Below are positions 19,717 to 28,750 of a DNA stretch of 57,989 nucleotides, in pieces (positions within the stretch are counted from its first letter, which is position 1; the number at the start of each line of letters is the position of its first letter). Made by a program: the position numbers and the translations under genes. The stretch is taken from the NCBI GenBank assembly GCA_021852275.1, contig JAJZNX010000096.1, forward strand, positions 1 through 57,989. Reading direction: 5' to 3'. Under the pieces are notes generated by a model. The model saw nothing but the letters and a program-made list of their open reading frames with translations, searched no databases and was not told where the DNA came from. Source of the stretch: Planctomycetota bacterium (GTDB taxonomy: Bacteria > Planctomycetota > Phycisphaerae > WQYP01).

Positions 19717-20238
19717 CAAAATTCCACTTAAAATTATATTTGTTTTTATAAATCACATATCCGCAATGACTTACGATTTTATTAAAGTCTTAAAATTCTC
19801 CATAACGCTTTCCTCTTTTTGGAAGTTTCAGGACCGTTATAATCACCCATTTTCTCAACCGCGCTCTTCTCGTGCCGATGATGCGGCCTACAACGCTCAC
19901 CGTGTTTCAAACAAAATCTTCTTATTCCACATTACTTAAGAATATCTATACTGGAGCATAATAATGCCGTCACCGCGCCGCCCTGTACAGCCCGGCCAAT
20001 GGGCGTGTGCCGGACGGTTGATCCGCCTCCGGCAAACCGGTGGAAATGTGCAGGGCCGATCATGGCCAGATTTTTCCACACCCTCCGGCGAGATCAGCCC
20101 ATGGCGTTGTTGTTGGTTTTGGAATCGTTACACTATGCAGGCCATACATCTATGCCGCATACCGATTCGCGGCTTGCATGGCCGTAGTGAATAACTGACG
20201 CGATATCGTAGGCGAAACCGGGCTTGGAGCTACTTACT

Positions 20239-21912
20239 ATGACTAACGACAAACGTTACAGTTTGGGGTTTGATTACGGCACAGAATCCGTGCGCGTAGT
20301 GGTTGCTGATATTGCCACCGGCCATATTGTCGGCCAGGCCGACCAACGTTATACCCACGACGTGATGGACCGCACACTGGTCACCACCGGCCAGAATCTT
20401 CCGCCAGATTACGCCCTGCAACACCCACAGGACTGGCTACTGAATTTGGCCCAAGCGTGCCACGCGGCCGTAGCAGCCGCCAAAATCAATCCCAACCAAA
20501 TCGTGGGCATTGGCGTGGCCTTCACCAGTTGTACCATGCTGCCGACACTCAATGATGGCACGCCACTGTGCATGTTGCCTCAATTTCAAAACGTACCACT
20601 GGCCTGGCCTAAGTTGTGGAAACACCATGGGGCCAAGCATCAGACCGACCGGTTCAACGCCGTGGCCCAACAGCGCCGCGAACCCTGGCTGGCCCGTTAT
20701 GGCGGTGTGATCGGGCTGGAATGGTTTTTTCCAAAAATTCTCGAAACGCTGGAGCTAGCCCCACACGTCTACACCGCCGCCCAGGTGTGGCTGGAAGCCG
20801 GCGACTTTCTGGTATGGCAACTCACCTCCGGTCCCTGGCCAGAAGCCCACATCCGCGATCTGGTACGGTCCACTTGCCAGGCGGGCTACAAAGGATGTTG
20901 GAGCAAACAGGCCGGCTTTCCATCGCCCGATTTTTTCGCCGCTGTGCACCCACAACTTACCGACGTGGTTGCGGCCAAAATGCCGGGCCGCCTGAGCGCG
21001 CCGGGTCAACGGGCTGGCCTGCTGTCCGCCGGGGCTGCAGCGTTGCTAAAGCTTCCGCCCGGAATACCGGTCAGCACGGCCATCATTGATGCCCATGCGG
21101 GTCTGCCTGGATCGGGTGTGTGCGAAAATGATACGCTGGTGATGGTCATCGGAACGAGTTCTTGCCATATTATGAATTCCTCGCATGAACACCATGTGCC
21201 GGGGGTGGCCGGCGTGGTTGAAGATGGTATTCTGCCCGGCAGTTTCGGTTATGAAACCGGCCAGGCGAGCGTCGGAGATTCGCTGGCCTGGGTGGTACGT
21301 ACCACCGGCTCCACCCATGAACAGATGAACCATCAGGCGGCGGCACTTGCTCCTGGCAGCCACGGTTTGCTGGCGGTGGACTGGCTTAATGGCTGCCGTA
21401 CACCCCTGATGGATGGCCACTTAAGTGGAGCTTTTATCGGCATGTCTTTGACTACGCAGCCGGCTCAGCTTTACCGGGCCATGATAGAGGCCACCGCATT
21501 TGGTGTGCGATGGATTATAGAACTGCTGGTCGAAAGCGGCGTACCGGTACAACGCCTGGTGGCCGGCGGCGGGTTGCCTGTAAAATCCCCGCTACTCATG
21601 CAAATTTATGCAGACGTGCTTAACTGCCGCATCAGCCTGGCGGAAAGTCAACAGAGCGTGGCTCTCGGAGCGGCCATCCTGGGCTGCATGGCCGCCGGCG
21701 AATCCACCACCGGCTACTCCAGCATGACGCAAATTATCCGGGCTATGGCCCGCCAACGTACGGATGTATTCTATAGTCCCAACCCCGCCAACGTTGCGCA
21801 ATACAACCACATTTATTCGCTTTATCGCCGCATCACGGATAAACAAGCCGTCGTAGCCAGAGTCATGCACGAACTTCGCCAATTCAGCCCACAAGAGGTA
21901 AACACTGCATAA
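20239..21912 (+). CDS. araB: Ribulokinase (FGGY family)
   Basis: GFDYGTESVR, YALQHPQDW, FTSCTMLP, KLWKHH, IIDAHA, GTSSCH, DWLNGCRTP, IEATAFG; RBS GGAG before ATG 20239. Confidence 0.9.
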   Translation: MTNDKRYSLGFDYGTESVRVVVADIATGHIVGQADQRYTHDVMDRTLVTTGQNLPPDYALQHPQDWLLNLAQACHAAVAAAKINPNQIVGIGVAFTSCTMLPTLNDGTPLCMLPQFQNVPLAWPKLWKHHGAKHQTDRFNAVAQQRREPWLARYGGVIGLEWFFPKILETLELAPHVYTAAQVWLEAGDFLVWQLTSGPWPEAHIRDLVRSTCQAGYKGCWSKQAGFPSPDFFAAVHPQLTDVVAAKMPGRLSAPGQRAGLLSAGAAALLKLPPGIPVSTAIIDAHAGLPGSGVCENDTLVMVIGTSSCHIMNSSHEHHVPGVAGVVEDGILPGSFGYETGQASVGDSLAWVVRTTGSTHEQMNHQAAALAPGSHGLLAVDWLNGCRTPLMDGHLSGAFIGMSLTTQPAQLYRAMIEATAFGVRWIIELLVESGVPVQRLVAGGGLPVKSPLLMQIYADVLNCRISLAESQQSVALGAAILGCMAAGESTTGYSSMTQIIRAMARQRTDVFYSPNPANVAQYNHIYSLYRRITDKQAVVARVMHELRQFSPQEVNTA

Positions 21913-21944
21913 AAATAATTTCATCATCAGAGGTGCCGGCATTG

Positions 21945-22085
21945 GAGGCCAACGGACCTGAATCGACGGAGACTTCACCAGGACCGGGGCAGCGGAGGCT
22001 GCTCCTCGACGTTTCCACATGGAATCTCCCGGAGCGCCACCAGTACTTTCTCCATTCTTCTTATGCTTGGGTACCCCGCCAGACC
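21945..22085 (-). ncRNA. Putative structured small RNA (rod-like, 6S-like), copy 1
   Basis: Hand-folded pairings GGTCTGGCGGG/TCCGTTGGCC, ATGGAGA/TCTCCGT, ACTGG/CTGGT and CCGGG/CCCGG with two apical hairpins; G-U pairs favour the minus strand; 3' motif shared with 50307-50326. Confidence 0.45.
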
Positions 22086-22127
22086 AGGTTATAATTCTTA
22101 ACGGCCTGTACGGCCCAGTTCTCAGGT

Positions 22128-22155
22128 TTGACATTGCCAATAGAAACGTTAGAAT
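22128..22155 (+). promoter_or_regulatory. Sigma70 promoter of rplM-rpsI
   Basis: TTGACA-N16-TAGAAT. Confidence 0.65.
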
Positions 22156-22376
22156 TTTGGGTTTTCACGGTTGGCCGCCCTGATAAGGCAGCCGATGCAA
22201 GGCCAAAAGGGCTGCAAAAGTGAAAAAACAGCAGCGACGCAGGTAGCGATTCTCTGCGTAATCCATGCCGATCGAAAGCACTTATAGGCTGTAAGATGCG
22301 GCAAGAACAGTATGGTCCGAGTGGTGGAAACGCCCGGCCTGATTTGTTGGTTGAATTTAAGTTGAGTACATTACCC

Positions 22377-22853
22377 ATGACAGTAATTGCGGAACAGCCC
22401 ATTCGACGGATTTCTAAGGCAGCGGCCCGAACCACCCTGGCGCGTGTCGGCCATACCGATAATCGCTGGTACGTAGTGGATGCCACAGACAAAACTCTGG
22501 GGCGTCTGGCCAGCGCGGTAGCGGTACGGCTTATGGGTAAACATAAACCGATTTATACGCCAACCGTAGACACAGGTGATTTTATTGTGGTGATCAACAC
22601 CAGCAAAATCAAAGTAACCGGGCGCAAACTTCAACAGCGCGAATACGACTACTATACCTATTATACCAGCGGCCGGAAGGTAACTTCCATGCGGGATCTG
22701 CTGGACCGGCATCCCAATACAGTTTTTGAACTGGCTGTCCGGCGTATGTTGCCTAAAACTACCATGGGTGTGCAGATGCTCCGCAAGCTCAAATGCTACA
22801 AAAATGCGGATCATCCCCATGCGGCTCAGCGCCCTGAAGCACTGGCTTTGTAA
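22377..22853 (+). CDS. rplM: 50S ribosomal protein L13
   Basis: WYVVDA..LGRLAS..LMGKHKPIYTP.VDTGDF..AVRRMLPK..HPHAAQ. Start trimmed to ATG 22377. Confidence 0.98.
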   Translation: MTVIAEQPIRRISKAAARTTLARVGHTDNRWYVVDATDKTLGRLASAVAVRLMGKHKPIYTPTVDTGDFIVVINTSKIKVTGRKLQQREYDYYTYYTSGRKVTSMRDLLDRHPNTVFELAVRRMLPKTTMGVQMLRKLKCYKNADHPHAAQRPEALAL

Positions 22854-22940
22854 ATGTCAGCGAAGTGTCAAGGTGGAAAAATATCCCCATATTTTAATGA
22901 TAAATAACGGTCTTCAACCTCTATAGCAAGGCAGGTTTTC

Positions 22941-23414
22941 ATGAAAGTCGAAGCAATACCTACAACTAACGCAACTTCGGCCGCTCCCTCAGCGGCTTCC
23001 ACCCGCTCCAGAGTGGTGATTGGCGGAAAAGTCTTCTTCCTGGGTACCGGACGACGTAAAACATCGGTGGCGCGGGTTCGCATAGTCGCAGGAGAAGGAA
23101 AATTTATCGTTAATGATCGCGATGCTAATGGCTATTTTACAGAAGTTCGCGATCAGAAAATGGTGCGTGCGCCTCTTGTCGCCGTTAATTTAACCACAGC
23201 GGTTGATGTCTTTGTCAATGTGCATGGCGGTGGATTTACCGGACAGGCCGGAGCTGTGGTCCAAGGATTGGGGCGGGCTATTGCACTTTACGACCCGGCG
23301 TTGCGCAAGCCGATCAACGACGGCGGTTTCCTTACGCGAGACAGCCGCATGAAAGAACGTAAGAAATACGGCTTGCGTGGAGCACGTCGGGCGTTTCAGT
23401 TCAGTAAGCGCTAA
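22941..23414 (+). CDS. rpsI: 30S ribosomal protein S9
   Basis: GTGRRKTSVARV, GGGFTGQAGA, LTRDSRMKERKKYG, C-terminal QFSKR. Confidence 0.98.
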   Translation: MKVEAIPTTNATSAAPSAASTRSRVVIGGKVFFLGTGRRKTSVARVRIVAGEGKFIVNDRDANGYFTEVRDQKMVRAPLVAVNLTTAVDVFVNVHGGGFTGQAGAVVQGLGRAIALYDPALRKPINDGGFLTRDSRMKERKKYGLRGARRAFQFSKR

Positions 23415-24318
23415 GCATTTTTCGCATATTGCTAAGCCGGTTCAGCACTTGTTGGCGTGTAGCCTTGCGCAACCCGCCCAGGGAAAAATCGGCGATGGTG
23501 AAACTGGCCATTACCGTACCTGCCACCAGCGACTCTTTCAGACTGCCAAGATTCCAAGTTTTCTTTCCCGCCAGGCAGCCTAACATACCTCCCGCAAAGC
23601 TGTCACCCGCACCGGTCGGATCCACAACGTCGGCCGTTGGGTATGCCGGCATCGCCAGCAGGGAGCCACTGTATGATGCCAGACATCCATGCTCGCCCTT
23701 TTTTATAATTACCAGTTGTGGACCGCTCTTCTTAAGCAACTTGCGAATATCATGAAGTGCTGCCACCAGATTCACTTTATCCGTCAGCAGCCGCGCTTCC
23801 AGATCATTGAGCACCAGGCCATCCACCGATTTGAGGCTCTTCATCAGTTCCGCCTTATAATTTTTGATCCACAGATCGCGGGTATCCGCCACCACCAATC
23901 GCGGCTTTTTCACCTGTGAAAGCAATTGCATCTGCAATGCCGGATGTGTGGCCGCCAGAAATACCATGGTACTGTCGGCAAATGCGGTGGGAATGGCCGG
24001 AGCTTTCTCCGCCAAAACGTTTAGATCCACGGCAGTGGTTTGCGCCTCATTCATGGTGGCGTCGTAGCGACCGCTCCAACGGAAAGTCTTGCTGCCGTGG
24101 CGGCGTTCCAATCCGCGGATGTCGATGTTGGGATGTTTGAGGCAAAATTCAAAACTCCGGGGAAAATCGTCACCCACCACACCCACCAGTCGCACTTTGC
24201 CAAACATAGCCGCTGCCCAACTGAAATAAATTGCAGACCCACCCGGCACATTGCCCACCTGGCCACGGGGCGTTTTTACAGTATCAATACCGATAGACCC
24301 AGTTACTAATAATGACAT
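23401..24318 (-). CDS. PfkB-family carbohydrate/nucleoside kinase
   Basis: GGSAIY, KKGEHG and the DPTGAGDSFAGG signature. Confidence 0.92.
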   Translation of the reverse strand: MSLLVTGSIGIDTVKTPRGQVGNVPGGSAIYFSWAAAMFGKVRLVGVVGDDFPRSFEFCLKHPNIDIRGLERRHGSKTFRWSGRYDATMNEAQTTAVDLNVLAEKAPAIPTAFADSTMVFLAATHPALQMQLLSQVKKPRLVVADTRDLWIKNYKAELMKSLKSVDGLVLNDLEARLLTDKVNLVAALHDIRKLLKKSGPQLVIIKKGEHGCLASYSGSLLAMPAYPTADVVDPTGAGDSFAGGMLGCLAGKKTWNLGSLKESLVAGTVMASFTIADFSLGGLRKATRQQVLNRLSNMRKMLSAY

Positions 24319-24335
24319 AAATGCACATTTCCTTA

Positions 24336-26231
24336 TCAGACTTCAAAATCCTGCGCGGCAGACTTTCCGCGGCTCGACTTCTTGTATTTGGCCATTCGGA
24401 ACCAGTATTCCCGACGCACCGTCAAAAAATGAGCCAGAGTGGATTCCCCTTGTGAAGGCCTGTTACGGGCCGCCCAGAGTCGCTTGAAATCCCGGCATAG
24501 TTTACCGGCCTGCTCCGAGAGCCGCCGGAACCTGGCCTGAACCTCAAAGGTCTCTTTGGCCGGCTTGGCCAAACGGGCCTGTGTGCGCTCCAGGACATGC
24601 CCAATGGTATCGGCACTAAACACCAGTTCATCGCGAATCAATTTGCCATCCGGCCGATGAAGCGAGGCGGCGGCAATTTTTTCGCGCAGCGCTTCCACCC
24701 TTTTAAGTTGAGATTTCAGCCCCGCCGGCTTCACCAGCGCCAACGACTTGGTCTCATTCCAGGGCTCGCGAAACAGTAGATATTCCAGCGAGGCATTGCC
24801 AATGCGCTCACGCGTAATGTGTGGATGTACGTCGCCGAGGTCCGCTACAGCACGGCCGAATTCCGCCGAGTCAGCCTGAAAAACGTGCAGCGATGCTGCC
24901 GTGATGACCTGTCGGTCGGCAGTATCCGACGGATTCCACGAAACCGCCGCACCAAAGGCCATCGGAAGGTAGCTCACCGAAAGCATCTGTTGATGGCCGT
25001 TATCACCCCAATCCGTATTTAAAAAGCCGGCTGCATGATGCGTTACCCCGGCTTCCGCGGCTGCACGCATGTTGGCAAAGGCATTTTCCGTACGGCCTGC
25101 AATGGAATTCCAGGATGATGTGCCCGGACAAACATAAAACTTGCGCCCGGACGAGGCGAATAAGGCCGCATCCTTGTCAAACGGATGATCCCATTCATAG
25201 CCCCATTCCAGCACCGTGGCATCGGGCGGAAGTTCCGGTACCAGCGACGGATAGTTCAAGATAATGTCTCCCCACATCTGAATCCGTTTGCCGTGCCTGC
25301 GGGAGAGCGAATCACAAAACTGCACCCATTGAAGGTAGACCCGGCCAACGCCGATCTGTTCCGCCAGAGCCGCACTGCGACCTTTGCCCAGATCCCACGA
25401 TTCATCGCAGCAGATGTTGGCCTGAGGACTGCTGAAGTTGGGGAGAAATTCCGCATACATTTCTTCCAGCAACACCTTGGCCCCTGGATCTGTTGGGCAC
25501 AACGACCATGGATCCGCATCCGGACCTGCTTCGGCCAGTGCCCGGTACGCCGGCCGTTGCAGGATTTTTTCAAAGTGCCCCAAAGAGCTGATAGAGGGAA
25601 CAAAATCAATGAACCTGGCCCGACAGGCGGAATCGATTTCCAGTATTTCCTCCGCACTTAAAGCATCCGTATCGTCATACATATCCGGGTGCTTTTGAAA
25701 GGCGAACACGTTTTCAATGTAGAGCTGGAACTCATTAATTTTCAGGGCCGCCAGATCATCAACCAGCGTCAGGATGGTTGACAGCTTGGGTACCTTGCCC
25801 CGTGAAACATCGTGATAGAAACCGCGGCGTTCAAACGCCGGCTCATCCCGAATTTTGACGCGTGCCCACTTTTCCCCGGACTGCCGGGCTATTTGTATCA
25901 AGGTTGCCACCGCATAAAACATACCTTGCGGTGTGGCCGCAAGGGCCGTTACGCCATCTTCTTCAATATGGATCTCGTAGCCCTGCGGATGGCTGATGCT
26001 GGCATCCAACCGCAAATGAATTTCCCGGGCTTTATTTAACGGCCGTTCCAGTGTGGCGATATGCCATGTCTTGGTGCGATCTCCGGGCAGGCTCTCACGC
26101 AATCGCAGCGCGGCAACGCGCACCGCGTCATCACGGAAGTTCAAGGAAATCGTGCCTGCCTCAGGCAATGGCCAGGTTCCACCGGATAGCGATACCTGTT
26201 TGGGGCGGGGAATAAGGACTAATTCAACCAC
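24336..26231 (-). CDS. Glycoside hydrolase family 20-like (beta-N-acetylhexosaminidase-like)
   Basis: LIPRP, GH20b domain, IRDEPAFERRGFYHDVSRGKVP, catalytic NICCDE, TDWGDNGH; RBS GGAG before GTG 26231. Confidence 0.85.
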   Translation of the reverse strand: MVELVLIPRPKQVSLSGGTWPLPEAGTISLNFRDDAVRVAALRLRESLPGDRTKTWHIATLERPLNKAREIHLRLDASISHPQGYEIHIEEDGVTALAATPQGMFYAVATLIQIARQSGEKWARVKIRDEPAFERRGFYHDVSRGKVPKLSTILTLVDDLAALKINEFQLYIENVFAFQKHPDMYDDTDALSAEEILEIDSACRARFIDFVPSISSLGHFEKILQRPAYRALAEAGPDADPWSLCPTDPGAKVLLEEMYAEFLPNFSSPQANICCDESWDLGKGRSAALAEQIGVGRVYLQWVQFCDSLSRRHGKRIQMWGDIILNYPSLVPELPPDATVLEWGYEWDHPFDKDAALFASSGRKFYVCPGTSSWNSIAGRTENAFANMRAAAEAGVTHHAAGFLNTDWGDNGHQQMLSVSYLPMAFGAAVSWNPSDTADRQVITAASLHVFQADSAEFGRAVADLGDVHPHITRERIGNASLEYLLFREPWNETKSLALVKPAGLKSQLKRVEALREKIAAASLHRPDGKLIRDELVFSADTIGHVLERTQARLAKPAKETFEVQARFRRLSEQAGKLCRDFKRLWAARNRPSQGESTLAHFLTVRREYWFRMAKYKKSSRGKSAAQDFEV

Positions 26232-26440
26232 GATCAACTCCAGCAACGAACGTAAATTCATCATAACCGCAGCCCGATAATTCTGTCGATATGCGATCAT
26301 GGGCAATGGCGGTGGGGTTCCGGCCTTTTTAACCCGCCCCGGCTCTTCTTTTTTCCCGCCAGAGCGCTTATATTTGTATCCATTAGAATTGCCGTCGCGC
26401 TTCGCCACCGGCCTGTGCTCAATAATTGGAGATTGTACTG

Positions 26441-27559
26441 ATGAATGAATCATCGTTTTTCATACGCCGCATGGTTGGTGGCTCTGTGCTTGCCATGATT
26501 ATTTTTGCCGCACAGCTACCTGCCCTCGCACAGATGATCATGCTCTCGCCGGCGCAAGGCCGGCTCTGGCAGGCGTGGTCCAAGGATGAAAGCCAATGGA
26601 CCGCACTCCGAAAATCAACCGATTTCTATGGCAACGTGCCGGATCGCAAAAAAGTTGCGGCCCAGGCTACCGTGGTTCTCCGAAATCTCGTTAGCGATAT
26701 TCATCGTCTGCAAAAGGTGCCGGCTTTCGCACGGTTCAAGGCGACATTCGACATGCATGAGATGCTGGCCACCGCCACCCTGGCCCTGTTGGGCGACAAA
26801 TCCTCCTTGGAAAAAATCGCTAAGGGTGTTAAAAGCGCCGTTCCCGCCAATCGCGCGCGGGCCTTGGTCGAGCAAAGCGCCCTGCATTGGTGGCAAGCCT
26901 CACAGAATCTCCCCAAGCAGTACGCCGTTATCAATGAGCTCTGGCGATTCGATCCAAAACTCATGTCCCATCAACTCATTCTCACGCTCAGTGTGGTGGC
27001 TCGTCGCGGCTCCGCCACTCCCGAACTGCAAAGAGATCTACAGTCCACGGCTCTTTGGGTTGCCATGCCCCCTGCAACCCCTGGCCGCGCCCAAAATCAT
27101 CAGTTCAGCCGTATTACCGTTCGGGAGGCAGGGCACCCATTTCATCTTTACGGTGCCACCCTCAATGGCGGTGTTTTTAGCACCTTTATCAATAAGGGAA
27201 AGCCCGCGGTGATCGACTTCTGGGCAACTTGGTGTCCCTGGTGCGTGAAAGAATTGCCCGAGTTGGCGGCCATCTACGCCAAGTACCACCCCAAGGGGTT
27301 GGAACTGGTAAGTGTATCTCAAGATGCCAACCTCCTCACCGTCCGGCGTTTCTTAGAGCAACATCCTCAGATGAAGTGGCCGCAGCTTTACCGCAAAACC
27401 GGATTCTACGTAGCCCATGGGCGATCGCTTCCCATCGCCACCAGCCTTCTTCCCACCACTGTTATCGTAAACCGGCGGGGAATTATTGTGGATATCATCA
27501 CCGGCTATGCCAAAGGGGCGGTCGCTGCCGATGTCAAATATCTCTTCCACAAAAAATAG
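26441..27559 (+). CDS. Exported TlpA/ResA-family thiol-disulfide oxidoreductase with an unknown N-terminal domain
   Basis: Signal peptide; DFWATWCPWCVKELP; cis-Pro region LPTT. Confidence 0.85.
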   Translation: MNESSFFIRRMVGGSVLAMIIFAAQLPALAQMIMLSPAQGRLWQAWSKDESQWTALRKSTDFYGNVPDRKKVAAQATVVLRNLVSDIHRLQKVPAFARFKATFDMHEMLATATLALLGDKSSLEKIAKGVKSAVPANRARALVEQSALHWWQASQNLPKQYAVINELWRFDPKLMSHQLILTLSVVARRGSATPELQRDLQSTALWVAMPPATPGRAQNHQFSRITVREAGHPFHLYGATLNGGVFSTFINKGKPAVIDFWATWCPWCVKELPELAAIYAKYHPKGLELVSVSQDANLLTVRRFLEQHPQMKWPQLYRKTGFYVAHGRSLPIATSLLPTTVIVNRRGIIVDIITGYAKGAVAADVKYLFHKK

Positions 27560-27628
27560 CAGCGCCGGTCACGCCGCGGCAACGGCGTCCCTGGCGCTGT
27601 CGACCAGACCCATGGCTCCAGGTGCCAC

Positions 27629-28219
27629 ATGAACCAAAATTCATTACTCAATCAGCCGCGACGCTGTCCTTGGGCCAAGACCGATTTAAGCATGGCCTAT
27701 CATGATGTTGAATGGGGTGTACCCCTGCACGATGATCAAAAACTTTTTGAGTTCCTCGTGCTGGATGGTGCGCAGGCCGGGTTGAGTTGGGAAATCATTC
27801 TGCAAAAGCGTGAGTCTTATCGTCGAGCTTTTGCGCAATTCGATCCGCAAAAAGTAGCTCGATTCAATGCCCATGATTTTCGTCGGCTGCTGCAGGATGA
27901 GGGAATTGTCCGCAATCGGCTTAAAATTCAATCTGCCATCGGCAATGCCCGGGCTTTTTTAAAAGTGCAAGAACAATTCGACAATTTCGATAATTACCTT
28001 TGGCGGTTTGTCAACGGCCAACCCTTAGTCCATCATTGCCGGCGACCTGGCGACATACCCACACGCAGCCGGGAATCTGATAAGCTCAGCGGCGATCTCA
28101 AATCGCGAGGATTTACGTTTGTGGGTACCACAATCTGTTATGCATTCATGCAGGCTGCGGGCTTGGTAAATGATCATCTTGTCCGGTGCGCCCGTTATAC
28201 CCAGGTGCAACAGTTCTGA
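27629..28219 (+). CDS. tag: DNA-3-methyladenine glycosylase I
   Basis: RCPW, YHDVEWG, QAGLSW, IVRNRLKI, FVGTTICYAFMQAAGLVNDH...C. Confidence 0.96.
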   Translation: MNQNSLLNQPRRCPWAKTDLSMAYHDVEWGVPLHDDQKLFEFLVLDGAQAGLSWEIILQKRESYRRAFAQFDPQKVARFNAHDFRRLLQDEGIVRNRLKIQSAIGNARAFLKVQEQFDNFDNYLWRFVNGQPLVHHCRRPGDIPTRSRESDKLSGDLKSRGFTFVGTTICYAFMQAAGLVNDHLVRCARYTQVQQF

Positions 28220-28750
28220 TGTCCCACACCGATCCCATTGGCACCTCCGGTCTGGAGCATAACTCCACCAGTTCGGATTGCTCGATCTTGGCTTGAATTT
28301 TCCACAATTTTAACCGATAATGAGGTATGGATGAGCGCACCCAGAGTGCAGTAAGGAGGTGCCGCGGAAAACAGATGGTTGATTCACGTCTAGATGAATC
28401 CGAAAGCCGCTCCTACTTGGCCAGGATTAAAAAACGCCGGAAATCGCACTCGCAACTGTAAATACCTTTATAACCGGCTGATTTGATCGGGTCTTTGGGT
28501 TGCGGTTTTTCGTTGCGCTGATTTTCGAAATACCGGCCGAATTGACCTTCCGAAACGGCATTAGCCAGAAAAACTGGCCCAACCAAGCCAAAAGCCCGAT
28601 AACAGTATTGACAGACGGAATATTGATTCCGCCGGAGCTATAATGAATACAGGTGCATAGCCCTCCATGCAAGGAGGGTGGGTACAAGAAGGCGGCCTCC
28701 TACCGCCATGTAACTCAGGGATTTTAATTTCGTCAGCCAAGGAGCAGGCA

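Noticed and set aside
19455-19960. AT-rich stretch as a replication origin or island boundary
   Set aside because: No DnaA-box cluster, integrase, tRNA or direct repeats; explained as a divergent promoter/operator region.
20031-20080. c-di-GMP-I (GEMM) riboswitch from GGCAAACC...GAAA
   Set aside because: The stem around GAAA does not pair and the following GACGCAAAGC/P3 element is absent.
21975-22006. SRP RNA helix 8 (CAGG...GCAG)
   Set aside because: Lacks the GNRA-capped stem and the AGCAG internal-loop spacing.
21929-22042. Lysine riboswitch (AGAGGTGC...GGAGCGC) or tRNA/tmRNA 3' end (GCCACCA) on the plus strand
   Set aside because: Too short for the lysine aptamer, P1 does not pair, no lysine gene follows, and there is no T-arm (GTTCRA) before the CCA.
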